Shown here one piece after another: positions 28,101 through 41,700 of a stretch of 64,000 bases of DNA. The DNA is taken from the NCBI RefSeq assembly GCF_037042905.1, contig NC_087251.1, forward strand, positions 18,106,001-18,170,000, in the 5' to 3' direction. Origin of the DNA: Lytechinus pictus (Eukaryota). A model generated the notes under the pieces. The model saw nothing but the letters and a program-made list of their open reading frames with translations, was not told the DNA's origin and did no database searches. Made by a program: the position numbers and the translations under genes. Each line of letters begins with the position of its first letter. Position 1 is the stretch's first letter.

Positions 28101-29505
28101 GACGATGACGAGACATATCAGCTCCACCCAGAGGAAGAGCCTAAATTATGTTTAATAGTCGCTGTCACGTGAGCAAAAAAAATTGCAAGAAATTAACAGA
28201 ATATAACCGAATTCCAAAGATTTCCAACTATGTGAAAGAAATATATTATAATGGTCGTCAAGAGCCTGAGGAAAATATGATTACACAAAGTGTACATTTA
28301 CCAGAATGATAAATGTGATCTCGTATCAACATGATTAACAAAAGACTTTCTTATTTTCATTTCAGTTCTTACCAAAAGGTTTGAAAAGAAACACCTTAAA
28401 AGGTGATAAATCCTCTACTTATCTTCATCTTTGGTTATGTAATAACCGACTGAGAACCCATTCCTTTAATTTAAGGTAGATCTTGAAAGATTCCTTGTTG
28501 AAGGATTAGGGAATTTGTAAGGTTTTGAATAAATAGAAGTTCGGGCTTCGTATCACAATATATTTTATTATGTTTGGCACTTGCTAAGACTCTTCATTTT
28601 TTTAATGGATAAGGAGAGAGAAAAGCCTTTACCACTAGTACTCTCATCCACCTTGTCATGATAACATGATCATTGAATTTCGTTTGGTCAAACATAATTC
28701 TGCAGTAAAACTATTATAACCAAATTTAAGTAGAAGATAGGTTCAGGAAAAATGTGTGCGCAACTAATTATTATGTACAGTATAGGTAAACCTTTATAAT
28801 TTTGTTCACCGACTGATAGTGATCATTGCGATTAAATTGCACCGTCTACTCAGATTGGTAGTGTTTGTTGTTTTAATATGCTGTGTAGCTTGCTTTATTG
28901 ATTATCATCTTGTACCACCCTCTATTCTAATAAAGACCACGACTTGTGGAGGTATCGATTGGTCCACTATGGAGAGAGTGATTTACAATGGCAGTCTAAT
29001 AGACTGTGCTCTCCCTTCGTAGAATCTAATAAGTAAAGATGTGGCTAAGTAGTCCATACACATTCATGATTCTCAAGAGTCTGCCATCACTGGACAATTA
29101 TAGTAACCCCCCCCCCCTTGTTACAAGAAGCTGCTAACAGGACTGAAAATAACAATTTGAATAATTACTCATTTCATTTCGCAGATCCAGAATAACTGCC
29201 CCTTTTTTTCCTTGTAGACTAATCATAATGGAAAACGCCGTTAAACAAATTACTGCAAATCGAAGATTTGGAAGACATAATGGAACATTTAAGTACTCTT
29301 GTTAAAAATAAAGTCAAGATGCACGATTTGTGAATCACTTCATGGGGGGTGGGGACCGTGCCTCCGCAAAAAAAGTTTTACGACCAAAAAAAAGCTGGTA
29401 AAAAGGGAGAAAAAGAAAGGAAAGGAAAGGGAGAAAGTGATATAAGATATGGTGTTATTTTCTGAATGTGTCAAAATCTTTCATAAAATTAGATTTCCAT
29501 TTTAA

Positions 29506-30088
29506 AGGAGAATGAAACTCTTGGAGCAAGTTAGCTTTTTTGAAAGCAGAAAAATCTAAGAATAAGATCAACAAAACTTTGAGAAAAATAGGAATAGCAA
29601 TAAAAGAGTTATGAGCATTTGAATGTCGAGATCACTAATGCTATGGAGATCCTCCAATTGGCAATGTGACCAAGATCTGTGATGTCACACACGTACAACT
29701 CTCCCATTTGGACACTGAAAATATACCCCAAAACATCTCTTTTTGCTCATTCTAATCATATGACAAATGATTCATCAATGATATAATGTTGTGAAACCTC
29801 TGTACTTGTCATCTCATAAAGAGAACACCTCACCTTGTGATAGACTCTATAAAAGTGAGAATATAAGTGAAATAAGTACTAAAGTAATGAGGGAGTTGTA
29901 CGTGTGTGATATCACAGATCTTGGTCGCATTGCCGATGGGAGGATCTACATGGTACTAGTGATCTCAATATTCAAATGCTCATAACTTTCTTATTATTCA
30001 TTCAATCTTCCTCAAACTTTCAACAATATGTTTATTTGATTTTTTTCTTTGATATGGATTCAGCTGGTTTCAAGGGTTCCATTCTCCT
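29506..30088. mobile_element. Palindromic MITE with TTAA target (Kolobok-like), nested in another repeat
   Basis: ttaa|AGGAGAATGAAACTCTTG ... CAAGGGTTCCATTCTCCT|ttaa, with long internal inverted arms. Confidence 0.78.
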
Positions 30089-31042
30089 TTAAGAAAGTCC
30101 ACATTTTGTTCGTTCGCTTCGCTAGCTTGGGACTTTTACGAAATTTTGACACACACGCAGTGTTGATATATGGATAGCTTTATAGCAAATTTAAAAAAAA
30201 ACGTTGAAACCTGCAATATTCAACATGTTCAATGAAACCTTTTAGAAAGGATGAGTATTGTGTATACCGGGAGAGAAATTTACACACAAACACTGGCTAA
30301 AATTTAATGCTCAAAACACACTCCCTATGTTACAAATTTAGACATCAATAATTGGAATTATGTTTACAACATTTTAAGTAACAAAAATTTGACTTCAACA
30401 TTCGATAATAAATCTTAACTCCGTTATGAACAAGAAAATATAACATCTGTTATCGTTTTAAGATATTGACTGAGAATTTTCACTATAGAAAAATGATTCG
30501 CACATGGTTATGACAATAACAATTTCAGCTTTAACGTTGTAGATTAAAATTTTCATAACGTCAATTAACGCTGACTATATTCAAGGGGGAAAATACAAAT
30601 ATTGATAGTGAAGAGCGGTTTTTGTTACCTAATTATGTAATTCAATTATATAAAAAAATCTGATAGAATCGCGATGAGGAGGTAGAAGAAATCACAAATC
30701 TATAACACTAAGTGATGAGATGACTTGGGGGCGCTTGCCCCCTCCTGAAATCTCCCAAAAAGGGAAGGGAAGGAAAAAAGAAAGAGAGAAGGGTGAAATA
30801 TGATATAATTTTCTGAATATTATGTCAAAATCTATCACAACGTGGATTTTGTCTTTTAACAATGTCGAAATTTTTGCTCGCTCGCTCGCAACTTTTTACA
30901 ATTTTATTCTCGATACGCCATATCTGCCCCCTTAAAATTTTCGCCTCATTACGCCACTGATCAGACTCCTCTCGAAATGTTGTTTTCACATGAAACGAAT
31001 TATGAATAAATATTTTTTATATTGAATAATATTCCCCCTTAC

Positions 31043-31088
31043 CTCTTGGTTTGGAAGTGGCAGTGACATCACGAACGTCATGAGCCAT
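31043..31088 (-). CDS. Predicted first coding exon of the coiled-coil gene (MAHDVRDVTATSKPR-G)
   Basis: The ATG is preceded by an in-frame TAA. The donor G|GTAAG is phase 1, matching the 25147 acceptor. The joined CDS is 771 nt (256 aa). The acceptor for this exon is at 31294. Confidence 0.6.
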
Positions 31089-32976
31089 CTTTTAGGTATT
31101 CTTTAGAAGGTGTAGTATCCTGATATCAATCTTTGAAACATCTTCTGGTAGATTTTTCCTTGTTTTGTTGTACTCTAATCTGAATTATTTTTGTCTATAC
31201 TCGAAAATAATCCATTATTGCGTGGTCGTATGTGAAGTCGTTCAGTCTGTGTTGCTGTAATTCATGAATGTTCATGTTGAGGATGTGTCTGAATCTATGG
31301 AAATAGATATCAAAGTTCAAAGATTAGTGTGCGTTAATCATGTTAATGACAGTTTTATAATTGATCATACATATAACATTATATTTGATTCATGGCACAA
31401 TCCCACTAATGACATACTTTACTTGTTATCATATAGAAACACACTCTTCATTATTAAAGCAAAAAAAAACACACACACATTATGAGAGAGCCATTATCAC
31501 GATTACGACAGTTGTCGAAAAGCAGAAGCGTCAGTGGTCGGCCATGACTTAATCTGGACATCTATATTGGCGAGATGATGAAGCATAGATGATTATCGAA
31601 TATCATTTACATTATCATAAAATGTTGGCCAATTGACAAATGACACACTGGTGTTACATCCCTATTTAAAAGGGCCCAAGAAATGACCACATTAATATTG
31701 TAACATCCTTTACGTGGTGGAATCTAATTCGTATTTTAAAAGCATTAAACAAAACAAAAATATATTCCCATATTATGTGATGATCACATTCACTCATGTA
31801 AGAAAGTTAGAAGAATTATACAGTCGAAGATAGTTCTGCCACAAATAAGACGCCACCATTTATACAATATATACTATTAGTATATTCGTTCCATGAGAAG
31901 TATAAAATAAAATGGAATACATAGTGCAGTCGAGACGAAACCTCACGACAGGAATGCCGTAATGAAGTCAAAAGAACACTTCAGATGTTTGTAATGTTTA
32001 CTTAACATTGATATAATCATCTATCGTCTTTACTTACTATCCGACAATTTTCACATCCTCACGGAGTTCTTTCCTCCAAACAAGACTGAAATTATATAAA
32101 TCCAGTGTTTTAAATGGTCCACGTTTTAATAAGTCAGTTTAATTATTGGTCGTCATGCACCTGTATATATTTCAGATCTCTTGTTGGTGTATATTATTAT
32201 ACGCGTCAGCTCTGATCTAGTCTAAATGAGTTTGTATAGTGACGGCATGTCGTTGAGTGGGGCCAATACAATAAGATTCACTGGAGTGCCCCTTTATATT
32301 CCGATATGCCCAATGAACAGTCTCTATAAACCCATAGTCTATTGTATCCATCACGCCGATACCATGAAATGAAACCTCAGTATGATGATGGTCGATGTTG
32401 TATAACCAACAAAGATGAGGGGGTTCAAGACTATCATTAAATGCAAATAAAACTAACGTAAGGGAAAAAAAAAAAGGGATTGTTGTTTTTGATGGTTAAT
32501 CTGATCATACTTCAACTGTGGCTACTAATGATCACAAACGCCTTATTTTTTTGTGGATTTAAAGGATGTTTTGATACGAGTTTGGTTCGCATGGAACAAT
32601 GCATCTACTCAACTAACTGGTATAGCCCAAATCAGTATTCCTATTGATAAAGCAAAGTAGTAAGGTAATAACTAACGATTTACCTTCAGAATTTCGTTGA
32701 TCCATCGATTTATTTGCAGGTTGGTGGTTAGACTCTTAACCAAGACCATGACATGCCAATATTCCAGAGATTTTTTAGCAGAACCGCAGGCCTGACCACA
32801 TCCACCAACCCTGATATCCAGATGTGGCAACATCTAAGACGGAGTTATCCAATAACGCTAAAGAATTAGAATACATGCAGGAATGTCGTAAAAGATCACC
32901 TGAAGTCTGAAGAGAGAGGGTGTTTTCAAGTGTCGGTGTCACGAAGGTTACATCATGGTCATGGATATAGCATAAT

Positions 32977-32990
32977 ATTTCCATGGAAAC
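32977..32990 (-). promoter_or_regulatory. RFX X-box-like motif upstream of a putative non-coding first exon (donor at 32684)
   Basis: GTTTCCATGGAAAT is one mismatch from the palindromic X-box GTTNCCATGGNAAC. Confidence 0.4.
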
Positions 32991-34099
32991 GAACCCTATG
33001 TCAAGCCGCGTGAGGGCTATAGGCCACCGAGCGACAGATAGGTGATTTTCTTCGGCTTATATAACAAGACGCGCCCAGGTACTATAGAGTGGCAGGAATT
33101 TTATAACATATTATGATTTGATTTGCGTAAACTGGTAGATCACACTAGTTAATTTAGGATTTAATGATAATGATAATAACAAGTTTTATGCATAAGCGCA
33201 CCTCCCATCTTGATTATATGCTGAAGGAGCTTCAAAGCACACGTTATTAAAGAACAAAAATATTGACCAACAAAAACTTTAGTGCAATGAGATGTAGGCC
33301 TACCCCAAAAAAGTTTGAAATAGTATCTTAAATATTGATAATTATGATTTCGCAATTGAAACTAAATTGTTATTTGCGTCGTGGGCATTACTCTCGGGGG
33401 TGGGTGGGGGGGGGGGGGGATCGTTGAAATAGAATTGAAATGGAGAGGGAGGGTGATAGAGACCAAACACATGGCTTTCTTCTACGTCTGCTGCATGTGT
33501 TTCATGTTATTATTACTTTGTTTAATTATAAATATTTCCGTAGTTTTTCTGACGTATAGGCCTACATGATATCTCGTTAATATATGGGACCGATGATGTA
33601 CCCACAGCGGATAGATGAAATGCTGGTACGCTCGATCGCTGAGCGCTGCACACGTCCAAATTATGATTCATGACTTTATTCTCCTGGCTTGGATAGCAAT
33701 AAATCATGACGTCACGTGAATCGGATAAAAGAAATTTCGCCCACGTATGCTATTGTCATTGCTTCGATTCGCTGACGTGTATCCGTAGTTAAAAAGCTGT
33801 CACATGAATATGCATATATACCAAAACTCTTTCGACTGGCGATTCTATAATTTCTCAATGTTTTTATGTGAAAATGGCAAATATAGAAAAATTAAACAGG
33901 TTCGTAGATTTTGTTCTATGTTACTTGATAAATGTAATTGGAGAGATTTTAGTAGTGTGCTTTACTTTTCAGTTTATTATGCCAACTCTAAGATATTTAG
34001 ATTAATATCATGGTATTTGGGATATCCAATAATCATTTACTAACCATCAAATCACATACATTGTATATGAATGAGTCGTTTTTGAGACCGCAACTCGGC

Positions 34100-34139
34100 A
34101 TCGCTTCTCGGCCTTTTGGCTAAGATCATGTGTAGTATC
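34100..34139 (+). ncRNA. U2: U2 snRNA gene, 5' part (nt 1-40), interrupted
   Basis: ATCGCTTCTCGGCCTTTTGGCTAAGATCATGTGTAGTATC is the conserved U2 5' end, including the branch-point recognition sequence GTAGTA. Confidence 0.95.
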
Positions 34140-36028
34140 AACAAATACCTGGCTGAATGTCGGATTCCAGCTCCTTGGAAGGTAGCCTCCACCATCCTAC
34201 TTCACAAGGCTGCCCCCACAGAGGATCCTGCCAACTTCCGCCCCATCGCCCTACAGTCATGTCTCTATAAGCTTTTTATGGCTGTGCTTGCTGACCGGCT
34301 GACCTATTGCGCTTGTGAGAACCAGTACCTCAGCCCCGAGCAGAAGTCCGCTCGCCCCTGTGAGGGGTGCTTCGAGCACTCCTTCCTTCTCTCAGCTGCC
34401 CTGAAGGACTGCAGGAGAAACCAGAAGACCATCTGCATCGGTTGGTTGGACCTTAGGAATGCATTTGGAAGCATTCCTCATCCTGTCATCAAGATCGTCC
34501 TGTCCAGTCTGGGTGTCCCTGGTTCGCGTGTTACCCTCGTCATGGATGCCTACAATGGTGCGTCAACCTCGTTCACGCTGACCGGTGGCCAGACTGACAC
34601 CGTACCCATCAGATCAGGGGTGAAGCAAGGCTGTCCGATGTCCCCAATTCTCTTCAACCTGGCCATTGAACTTATCATCAAGGCAGTTAAGAAAAATGCA
34701 TCAAACAACCATCTCGGAGTGACTGTCCAGGGCAAGAACCTCTCCATCCTGGCCTATGCTGATGACCTGTTGCTGCTCAGCCGAGACACTGAAGGCCTCC
34801 AATTCAAGCCTCAGAAGTGTGAAACCCTCACCCTCATCATATCCAAGGGGCTGCTGTCCCATCCCTTACTGAAGAAGACCCCATTGGTCTCCAAGACTCA
34901 CAAGTCTCCAGGAGAGCTATAGGAAGCTGTCGTCAGACATCGAGGCCATTTCTTCCTCCCTTATGGCTCTTGGCAGAAACTGGATGCCATCAAGACCTTT
35001 GTGATACCCATCCTTCAGTATGCATTGCGGGCTACGGAATACCTCAAGTCCGACTTGAAGCCCCTACGAGCAGCCATTACAAAGCATGTGAAGAAGATCT
35101 GACATCTCCCCGTGAGATCATCCAACGCCTTTGTCTTTCCATCCCGGCATTCTGGTGGTTTGGCTTTTGTTGACCCTGGAGTGGATGCTGACATCCTTGT
35201 CGTAACCCAAGCTGTCCGTATCCTAGCATCTGGTGACGACATGGTGAAAGCCGTTGCTCTAGGACTGTTGTCCACAGGACAGTCCATTCTGCACCATCGG
35301 ATGACTGCATCGACAAGTAATTATCCGGGAGTAGTGAGGGTCCTCTGGCGAACTCAGGGAATAGTGGCCAGGCATCATCTCTTTGGTCACGTACAAGGGC
35401 TGCATCGCGTCGCCTCAAGATAAGGATCGTCGGAGCCTCAAGCGGCGACGTCAAGGTTGAGAGTGGAGGTCGTGCCTTCCCCTCCAAGAAGGTGACTTCA
35501 AGCCTCCGCTCTGATCACCACAACGAGCTGGCGGAGAAGCTTCGGTCCCTTCCCGACCAGGGCAAGGTAGCCAGGTCACTCTCCTCGGACAGTTTCGCTA
35601 ACGGTACATCATGGCTGACATCCGGGAGCTTTATCCGGTTCTGTGATTGGCGGTTTATCCACCGAGCACGTTTGAACTGCCTCCCAACCAATGCTGCTGC
35701 TCGGCGTTGGAAGCAGAACATCAACGCGAAGTGCCGAAAGTGTGATCACCAGTTGGAGACGTTGCCTCACATCATCAACAACTGCCGTCCCAACATGGTT
35801 CCGATCCGCCGGAGGCACAACCTGATCCAGAAACGTCTGGTGAAGGCAATCCACCACGGAGATATCTACAAAGACCAACATGTCCCCGGCGACCCGAATC
35901 CAAAGGAGCGACTCGACATCACAGTGGTTGAGGGTGACAAGGTGACCATTGTCGACATCACCATCCCATTAGACAATGGTCCGGATACCCTCTCCACAGT
36001 TGCCAACGCAAAAGTCACCATGTACGAC

Positions 36029-36583
36029 CCCGGGGGGGGGGGGGCACTCGACCAAAAAAAAAAGTAGTGGGTATGTGCCGCGGGCGAGACAAAAAACGGG
36101 GGCCTTGGAGCGGGCTTATTGTAAAAAGGAGGGTCCTCGGAACGGGCTTCGGAACGACAAATGTTTGTGAAAACGGGGGTCATTGGAACGGGTCGCCTGC
36201 GTGTGATTGCATATTCATCCCTATGGAACGGGCATACGTGCATGCAGCTATAGCCCGGCGGCACGGGCGCCGGGTGCGCTAGCGCAGATGCGATGGTCGG
36301 ACAGCGCTCTGCGGCCGCTTTTCACCAAAACTGCGGCTCATTGTAGCAGATCAATACGGCCGGAACGGCGTAACGGAAAATGCGAAGCTTTGGAGCGGAT
36401 TTCTTTCTTCTTTTTTTCTCGATAAGAAGAAAATGCTATGCTTTGGAGCGGCTTTCTTTGTTCTTTTTCTCAATAAGACAAAAATGCTATGCCTTGGAAC
36501 GGAAATTTGAGTGTAAAAATGGGGGTCCCCTCCGCGGCACATACCCACTATGCATTATATACTGAGTGCCCCCCCCCCCCGGG
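36029..36583. mobile_element. Non-autonomous DNA transposon with 8-bp TSD inside the Utopia endonuclease domain
   Basis: TIRs CCCGGG(G)nCACTC / GAGTG(C)nCGGG. TSD tgtacgac at 36021-28 and 36584-91. Confidence 0.88.
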
Positions 36584-36633
36584 TGTACGACACACTGCGA
36601 CAAGATCTGGCCAGCCGTGGCAAGGATGTCGAG

Positions 36634-38034
36634 CAGTGGCGTAACAGGCGGGGGGGCAGGGGGGCAAGCTGCCCCCCCTGGCGGAGCTCACCGGGAAAAT
36701 TAAAAAAACGGGAAAAATAAAAAAAGGGGAGGGAAGGTAAAGGGAAAAGAAAGAAAAAAAGGGGAAAGGAAAAGGGAAAAGAAAACTAAGAAAAAACATA
36801 AAAAAAGGGAAAACGGAAAGATAACGGGAAAGGGAAGGAAAAAAGAACAAGTGAGAAAAAACAATTCGCCCCGATAAACAAATACATTAGCATGATTAGT
36901 AAAGACAGGGAAATAAATTAAAGATGACAAAAAGGCAAACAAAAGCGGGAAATAAAGGCAGAATGGAATTAGCCAAAATCTAAATTGGAAAATAAAGAAT
37001 AGGGACAAGATAACGTACACTACCGGGCTGCTGAGGATTGAGATAACGAGCGGGAAGAAAAATGGATGGTATATAGCATAATGTCGTATGAAAGTCTATC
37101 ATAAACTTGCTAAATCTCCAAAGGCTCTGTCCAAGAGTCAAGACCCCGTGCAGTGGGGGCTCTTCATCTGTAACCTTTAATGGGTTCTATAACGGGCCCC
37201 TATATGGACCCGTCCTGCATTAAGCTTTACGTTGAAGCACTGGCGTACCGGGGGGTGGTTCCACAGCCAAGGGGAAATAAAAGAAAATAAAGGAGGCAGC
37301 GAAATGAGATGAATGAAACAAAAATAAAGGACATGATATTGGCTTTAATGATTAGAATTTCATTTTAACAGGCCATTTTTTTCTGGCTCGCTTCGCTCGC
37401 TGGCGACTTTTTACAAATTTTTCCACATTTGCTATGGTGTGCCCCTCACAATATTTGGATGATTACGATACACAACTGTATTGAATTTATGTGTTGTGTT
37501 AAAGCTATATAAATATACACGCAATTTGATAAAAATAAGTGGCAATCTGTAAGGTTTAAAATGGCTTTGATATCAAGAGGTTCCGGGGCTCTGCCCTGGA
37601 CCCCACCCATAAAGCACTGTTGTATGGATGAGTTTGGACCATGGCCCCCAAAAGTTCTACAACCAAACAAAAAAAATGAGGAAAGAAAGGAAAGTGTATT
37701 ATATTTTTTTGAATATCACGTTAAAATCTATCTTCATGTTAGATTCTCATGAAAAGTTTAATTTTTTTATCTCGCTCGCTTCGCTCGCTCGGGACCTATA
37801 TTAAGCTACTTCTTGCCAGAAGCGCCATACTCGGCCCCCTCGAGCATATATAGCTTCGCCCTGATGCTCACAATCATAACAAAAATCCTGTTCACCGTGG
37901 CGTACATAAAAAGAGAGAAAAAGGGAAAGAGAGGAGGGTGAAATATGATATCATCTTTTTAACATTATGTCAAAATCTATCACAAAATTTGATTTTTGCA
38001 ATAAAAATGTCAAAATTTTTTGCTCGCTCGCTCG

Positions 38035-38072
<38 letters not shown>

Positions 38073-38193
38073 CCCGATACGCCATATCGCCCCCTCAAAA
38101 TTTTTGCCTTATGACGCCATTGCCTGTTCCATGATATGACCGGGAAATTTTTGGCTCTTGCACCCCTGGCCACCGACCCCTGTTACGCCGCTG
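36634..38193. mobile_element. Non-autonomous hAT-like element inside Utopia
   Basis: TIRs CAGTGGCGTAACAGG / CCTGTTACGCCGCTG. Perfect 8-bp TSD atgtcgag at 36626-33 and 38194-201. Confidence 0.88.
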
Positions 38194-38377
38194 ATGTCGA
38201 GGTCTATATGCCCTCGTAATTATCGGCTCCCTTGGTTCGTAGCAAGGGGATAACGAGCAGACTCTCAGCCGTCTCGGCATCTCTCGCCGGTACAGAGCCC
38301 TGATGAACCGTCTCTGCTGTATCGACGCCATCAAAGGCAGCCGAGACATATACGTAGAGCATGTCACTGGTCATCGG

Positions 38378-38775
38378 CAGTACGAATAACTCATTATTAT
38401 ATACATGTATTATTCACAATCAATTATGTTTCAGACAATGTACTTATTATTATTTGCAACCAATTATGTTCCTGACAAAGTACATAAATGCCTGTTAGCC
38501 AAACAGGCATGATGAAAACAAATATGAAACCCCCTTGCACATTAATTTTTTAACAACATAATGCTTTTTAAACAAGCATTGTCCCACACAATATCTAGAT
38601 GTTACCCCATTTAATTTTCATCCTTCGGTAACCTTCATATCGTTGGATTAACATACCTGATTTGTTAAACTGTACTTAGTGAGTGTTGCATATGTTAATA
38701 AATCTGTTCTTTTCAGCTTAATATCTGAAACGCGACTCACCGAGTCACTTGTATATTAAACTGATTTTTTAACAT
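38378..38775 (+). repeat. Left copy of the 398-bp direct repeat flanking the RTE element
   Basis: Matches 42818-43215. The only difference I saw is A38484 versus G42924. Confidence 0.93.
38703..38775 (+). pseudogene. Duplicated internal U2 fragment (nt ~39-111), cut by the RTE
   Basis: TCTGTTCTTTTCAGCTTAATATCTGAAACG...AAACTGATTTTTT corresponds to U2 stems IIa/IIb and the Sm site. Confidence 0.88.
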
Positions 38776-41700
38776 CTCTTGGCTTGCTTCGCGAACGAAG
38801 ATTTATAAAGGCAGTCCACGTCGACTGCAGGCACGCATGTGACTCACAAGGCCAATACGTGATAGACAGGCCCGGCCACAGCGGCCGCAGTCAAAAGTCA
38901 CGTTTGGTGTGGCTGCTGAGGCTTCGCGATTCTTTCTGCGGCGACGTTTCTCCCTCAGGTGATCTTTTCGGGATTCCTCGAAAGAAGAGGCAGCCTGATG
39001 GACTATATGTCGCCAGCTAGCACGGTCAGCAGCCAGAGTAGACCACTGGCAATGATCGATATGGCATGTACCGAGGGACTTCTTCAGGATGTCCTTGAAG
39101 CGTTTCTTTGGAGCCCCTCTGTCACGATTGCCAGTAGAAAGTTCGCCGTACAGGGCTATCTTGGGCAGGCGATGGTCTTCCATTCTTGAGATGTGTCCTG
39201 CCCAACGGAGCTGAGTCTTCAGCAGCATGGCCTCGATACTGGGGATCTCCGCCTGTTCAAGGACCTCAACATTTGTGACATAGTCGGTCCAGTGAATGTT
39301 GAGGATGATCCGGAGACAGCGCTGATGGAAACGCTCCAGGAGTCGCATGTGGTGGCGGTAAGTTACCCACGACTCAGAACCGTACAGTAGGGTGGTGAGG
39401 ACAACAGCTCTGTATACGCTGATCTTGGTGCCCCTTTTCAGATGCTTATTTCTCCAGACCCGCTTGTACAGTCTGCCGAAGGCACTGTTAGCTTTGGCCA
39501 GTCTGTTGTCTACTTCCCTGTCAATCTTGGCGTCTGAAGTAATTGTACATCCCAGGTAGGTAAACTGGTGAACGCTCTTCAACACAGTCTCGCCAATAGT
39601 GATGTGAGGAAGGCAGTACTCTTCCCGGGGTGCAGGTTGATGGAGGACTTCCGTCTTCTTCAAGCTGACTTCGAGTCCGAAGAGTTGAGCAGCCTCCGCA
39701 AAGCAGGATGTCAAGCACTGCAGGGCTCTTTCGGTATGGGCAACGAGGGCAGCATCATCGGCAAAGAGAAGGTCTCTAAATATTTGCTCACAAGTTTTTG
39801 TGTGGGCCTGCAGTCTCCTGAGATTGAATAGACTGCCATCGAGGCGGTAGCGGATGTAGACAGCCTCGTCTTCATCAAGACCTTCCATGGCCTGCTTGAG
39901 CATTACGCTGAAGAAGATACTGAACAGCGTCGGTGCAAGGACACAACCCTGTTTCACACCGTTTGTGATTGGGAAAGATTCGGAGTGATGGCTGTTTAAC
40001 CTAACTTGGCCACGCTGGTTTTCATGCAGCTGGATGATCATACTGAGGAACCTTGGGGGACAACCGAGGCGTTCCAAGATTAGCCAGAGGCCCTTTCTGC
40101 TCACCGTGTCAAATGCCTTGGTTAGGTCGACAAACGTTATGTACAGTCCTTTATTTTGTTCCCGGCATTTCTCTTGGAGCTGACGGAGGACGAAGACCAT
40201 GTCTGTGGTACCTCGGTTTGCTCTGAAGCCACACTGGGTTTCTGGGAAGTGGTCTTCTGCGATGACAGGTACTAGCCTATTCAAGAGCACTCGGGCAAAG
40301 ATTTTTCCTGCGATGGACAGTAGAGTGATACCCCTGTAGTTTGAGCAGTCAGACCTTTCCCCCTTATTCTTGTATAAGGTAATGATGACTGCATCGCGGA
40401 GGTCTCCTGGTAGCTTGCCCTGTTCCCAACAACAGACAAGGAGTTCATGGAGCTTGTTGTGTAACACTGGTCCTCCACATTTCCATATCTCAGGTGGAAT
40501 TCCATCAACTCCTGCTGCTTTGCCACTCTTCATCTGCTCAATGGCTTTTGTAAGTTCTTGCAGAGAGGGCGGTACATCCAGTTCCTCCTTGACTGACAGC
40601 TGGGGGATGCGGAGGGTTGCTGAGTCCTGGACAACCCGGTCAGCTCCAAAGAGTGCCTGGAAGTGCTCAGACCATCGGGTAAGGATAGATGTCTTGTCTT
40701 TGAGGAGTGTCAGTCCATCCGCACTGCGTAATGGACTCTGAGCGTGGTGTCTGGGGCCATAAACAGCCCTGATGGCTTCATAGAAGCTTCTGTAGTCACC
40801 AGCATCGGCGTACTGCTGTGTTCTTGCTGCAAGTTTGGTCCACCACTCATTTTGCATCACACGAAACTTACGCTGGAGGTTGTTGCAGATGTGACGGAAG
40901 GCAGCTTTCTTCACAGGACAGGACGGATGTGACAGGTGGGCCTGGTGGGCCGATCTCTTCTTTTCCAGCAGTTCCTGGATCTCTTTGTTGTTTTCGTCAA
41001 ACCAATCTCTGCTCTTCTTTATGGAAAACCCGATAGTTTCCTCAGATGACTGCAGAATGGAAGCTTTAAGCGAGTTCCATAGTGTTTCAGGAGAAGGATC
41101 CTCTAGGCAGCTGTTGTTTTCAAGCTTGGCCTGTATGCCTACCTGGAACTCAGCTTTCACTTCAGCTGACTGTAGCTTGTTGAGATCAAACTTTTTCCTG
41201 CGGGGGCCTCCCTTTCTTAGCTTAGGTTTGAAATGCATCCTGAGTTTGCAGCGCACTAGGCGATGGTCAGTATGACATTCTGCGCTGGGCATCACTCTGG
41301 TGTGAAGGATGTCGTTTAGGTCACGTCCACGCACTAAGACATAGTCAATGAGGTGCCAGTGTTTAGAACGAGGATGCATCCATGTTGTCTTGAGACTGTC
41401 CTTTTGCTGGAAGACGGTGTTGGTAATGACAAGTTGTTGTTCCATGCAGAGCTCCAGCAGCAAGCGTCCGTTGTCGTTACACTTTCCAACACCATGCCTT
41501 CCGAGTACTCCTTTCCAGGCGACATCATCCTGTCCTACTCTAACATTAAAGTCGCCGAGAATTAACAGCTTGTCGTCTGCAGGGGTGCTTTGGAGAAGTC
41601 TGCGGAGTTCCGAGTAGAACATGTCTTTTTCTGCAGGATCGGCTTGAAGAGTCGGAGCATACACACTAAAAAGTGTTGCATGCTGCTTGTTCTTTAGAGG

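Larger units (their letters stand above)
34140..38702 (+). mobile_element. Utopia-type (U2-targeted, RLE-encoding) non-LTR retrotransposon; 5'-truncated, degenerate, with two nested insertions
   Basis: RT motifs: NFRPIAL, LDLRNAFGS, GVKQGCPMSP, YADD. CCHC: CRKC..ETLPHIINNC. RLE: RHN...RLDI..D. The C-terminus IGSLGS...SRDIYVEHVTGHRQYE* ends at 38389. The element ends AATAAA directly before U2 TCTGTTCTT. Confidence 0.92.

Noticed and set aside
34116..34922. ORF-track protein starting MAKIMCS as a genuine RT gene
   Set aside because: The first codons are U2 sequence (TTG start) fused to a 5'-truncated, frameshifted Utopia RT.
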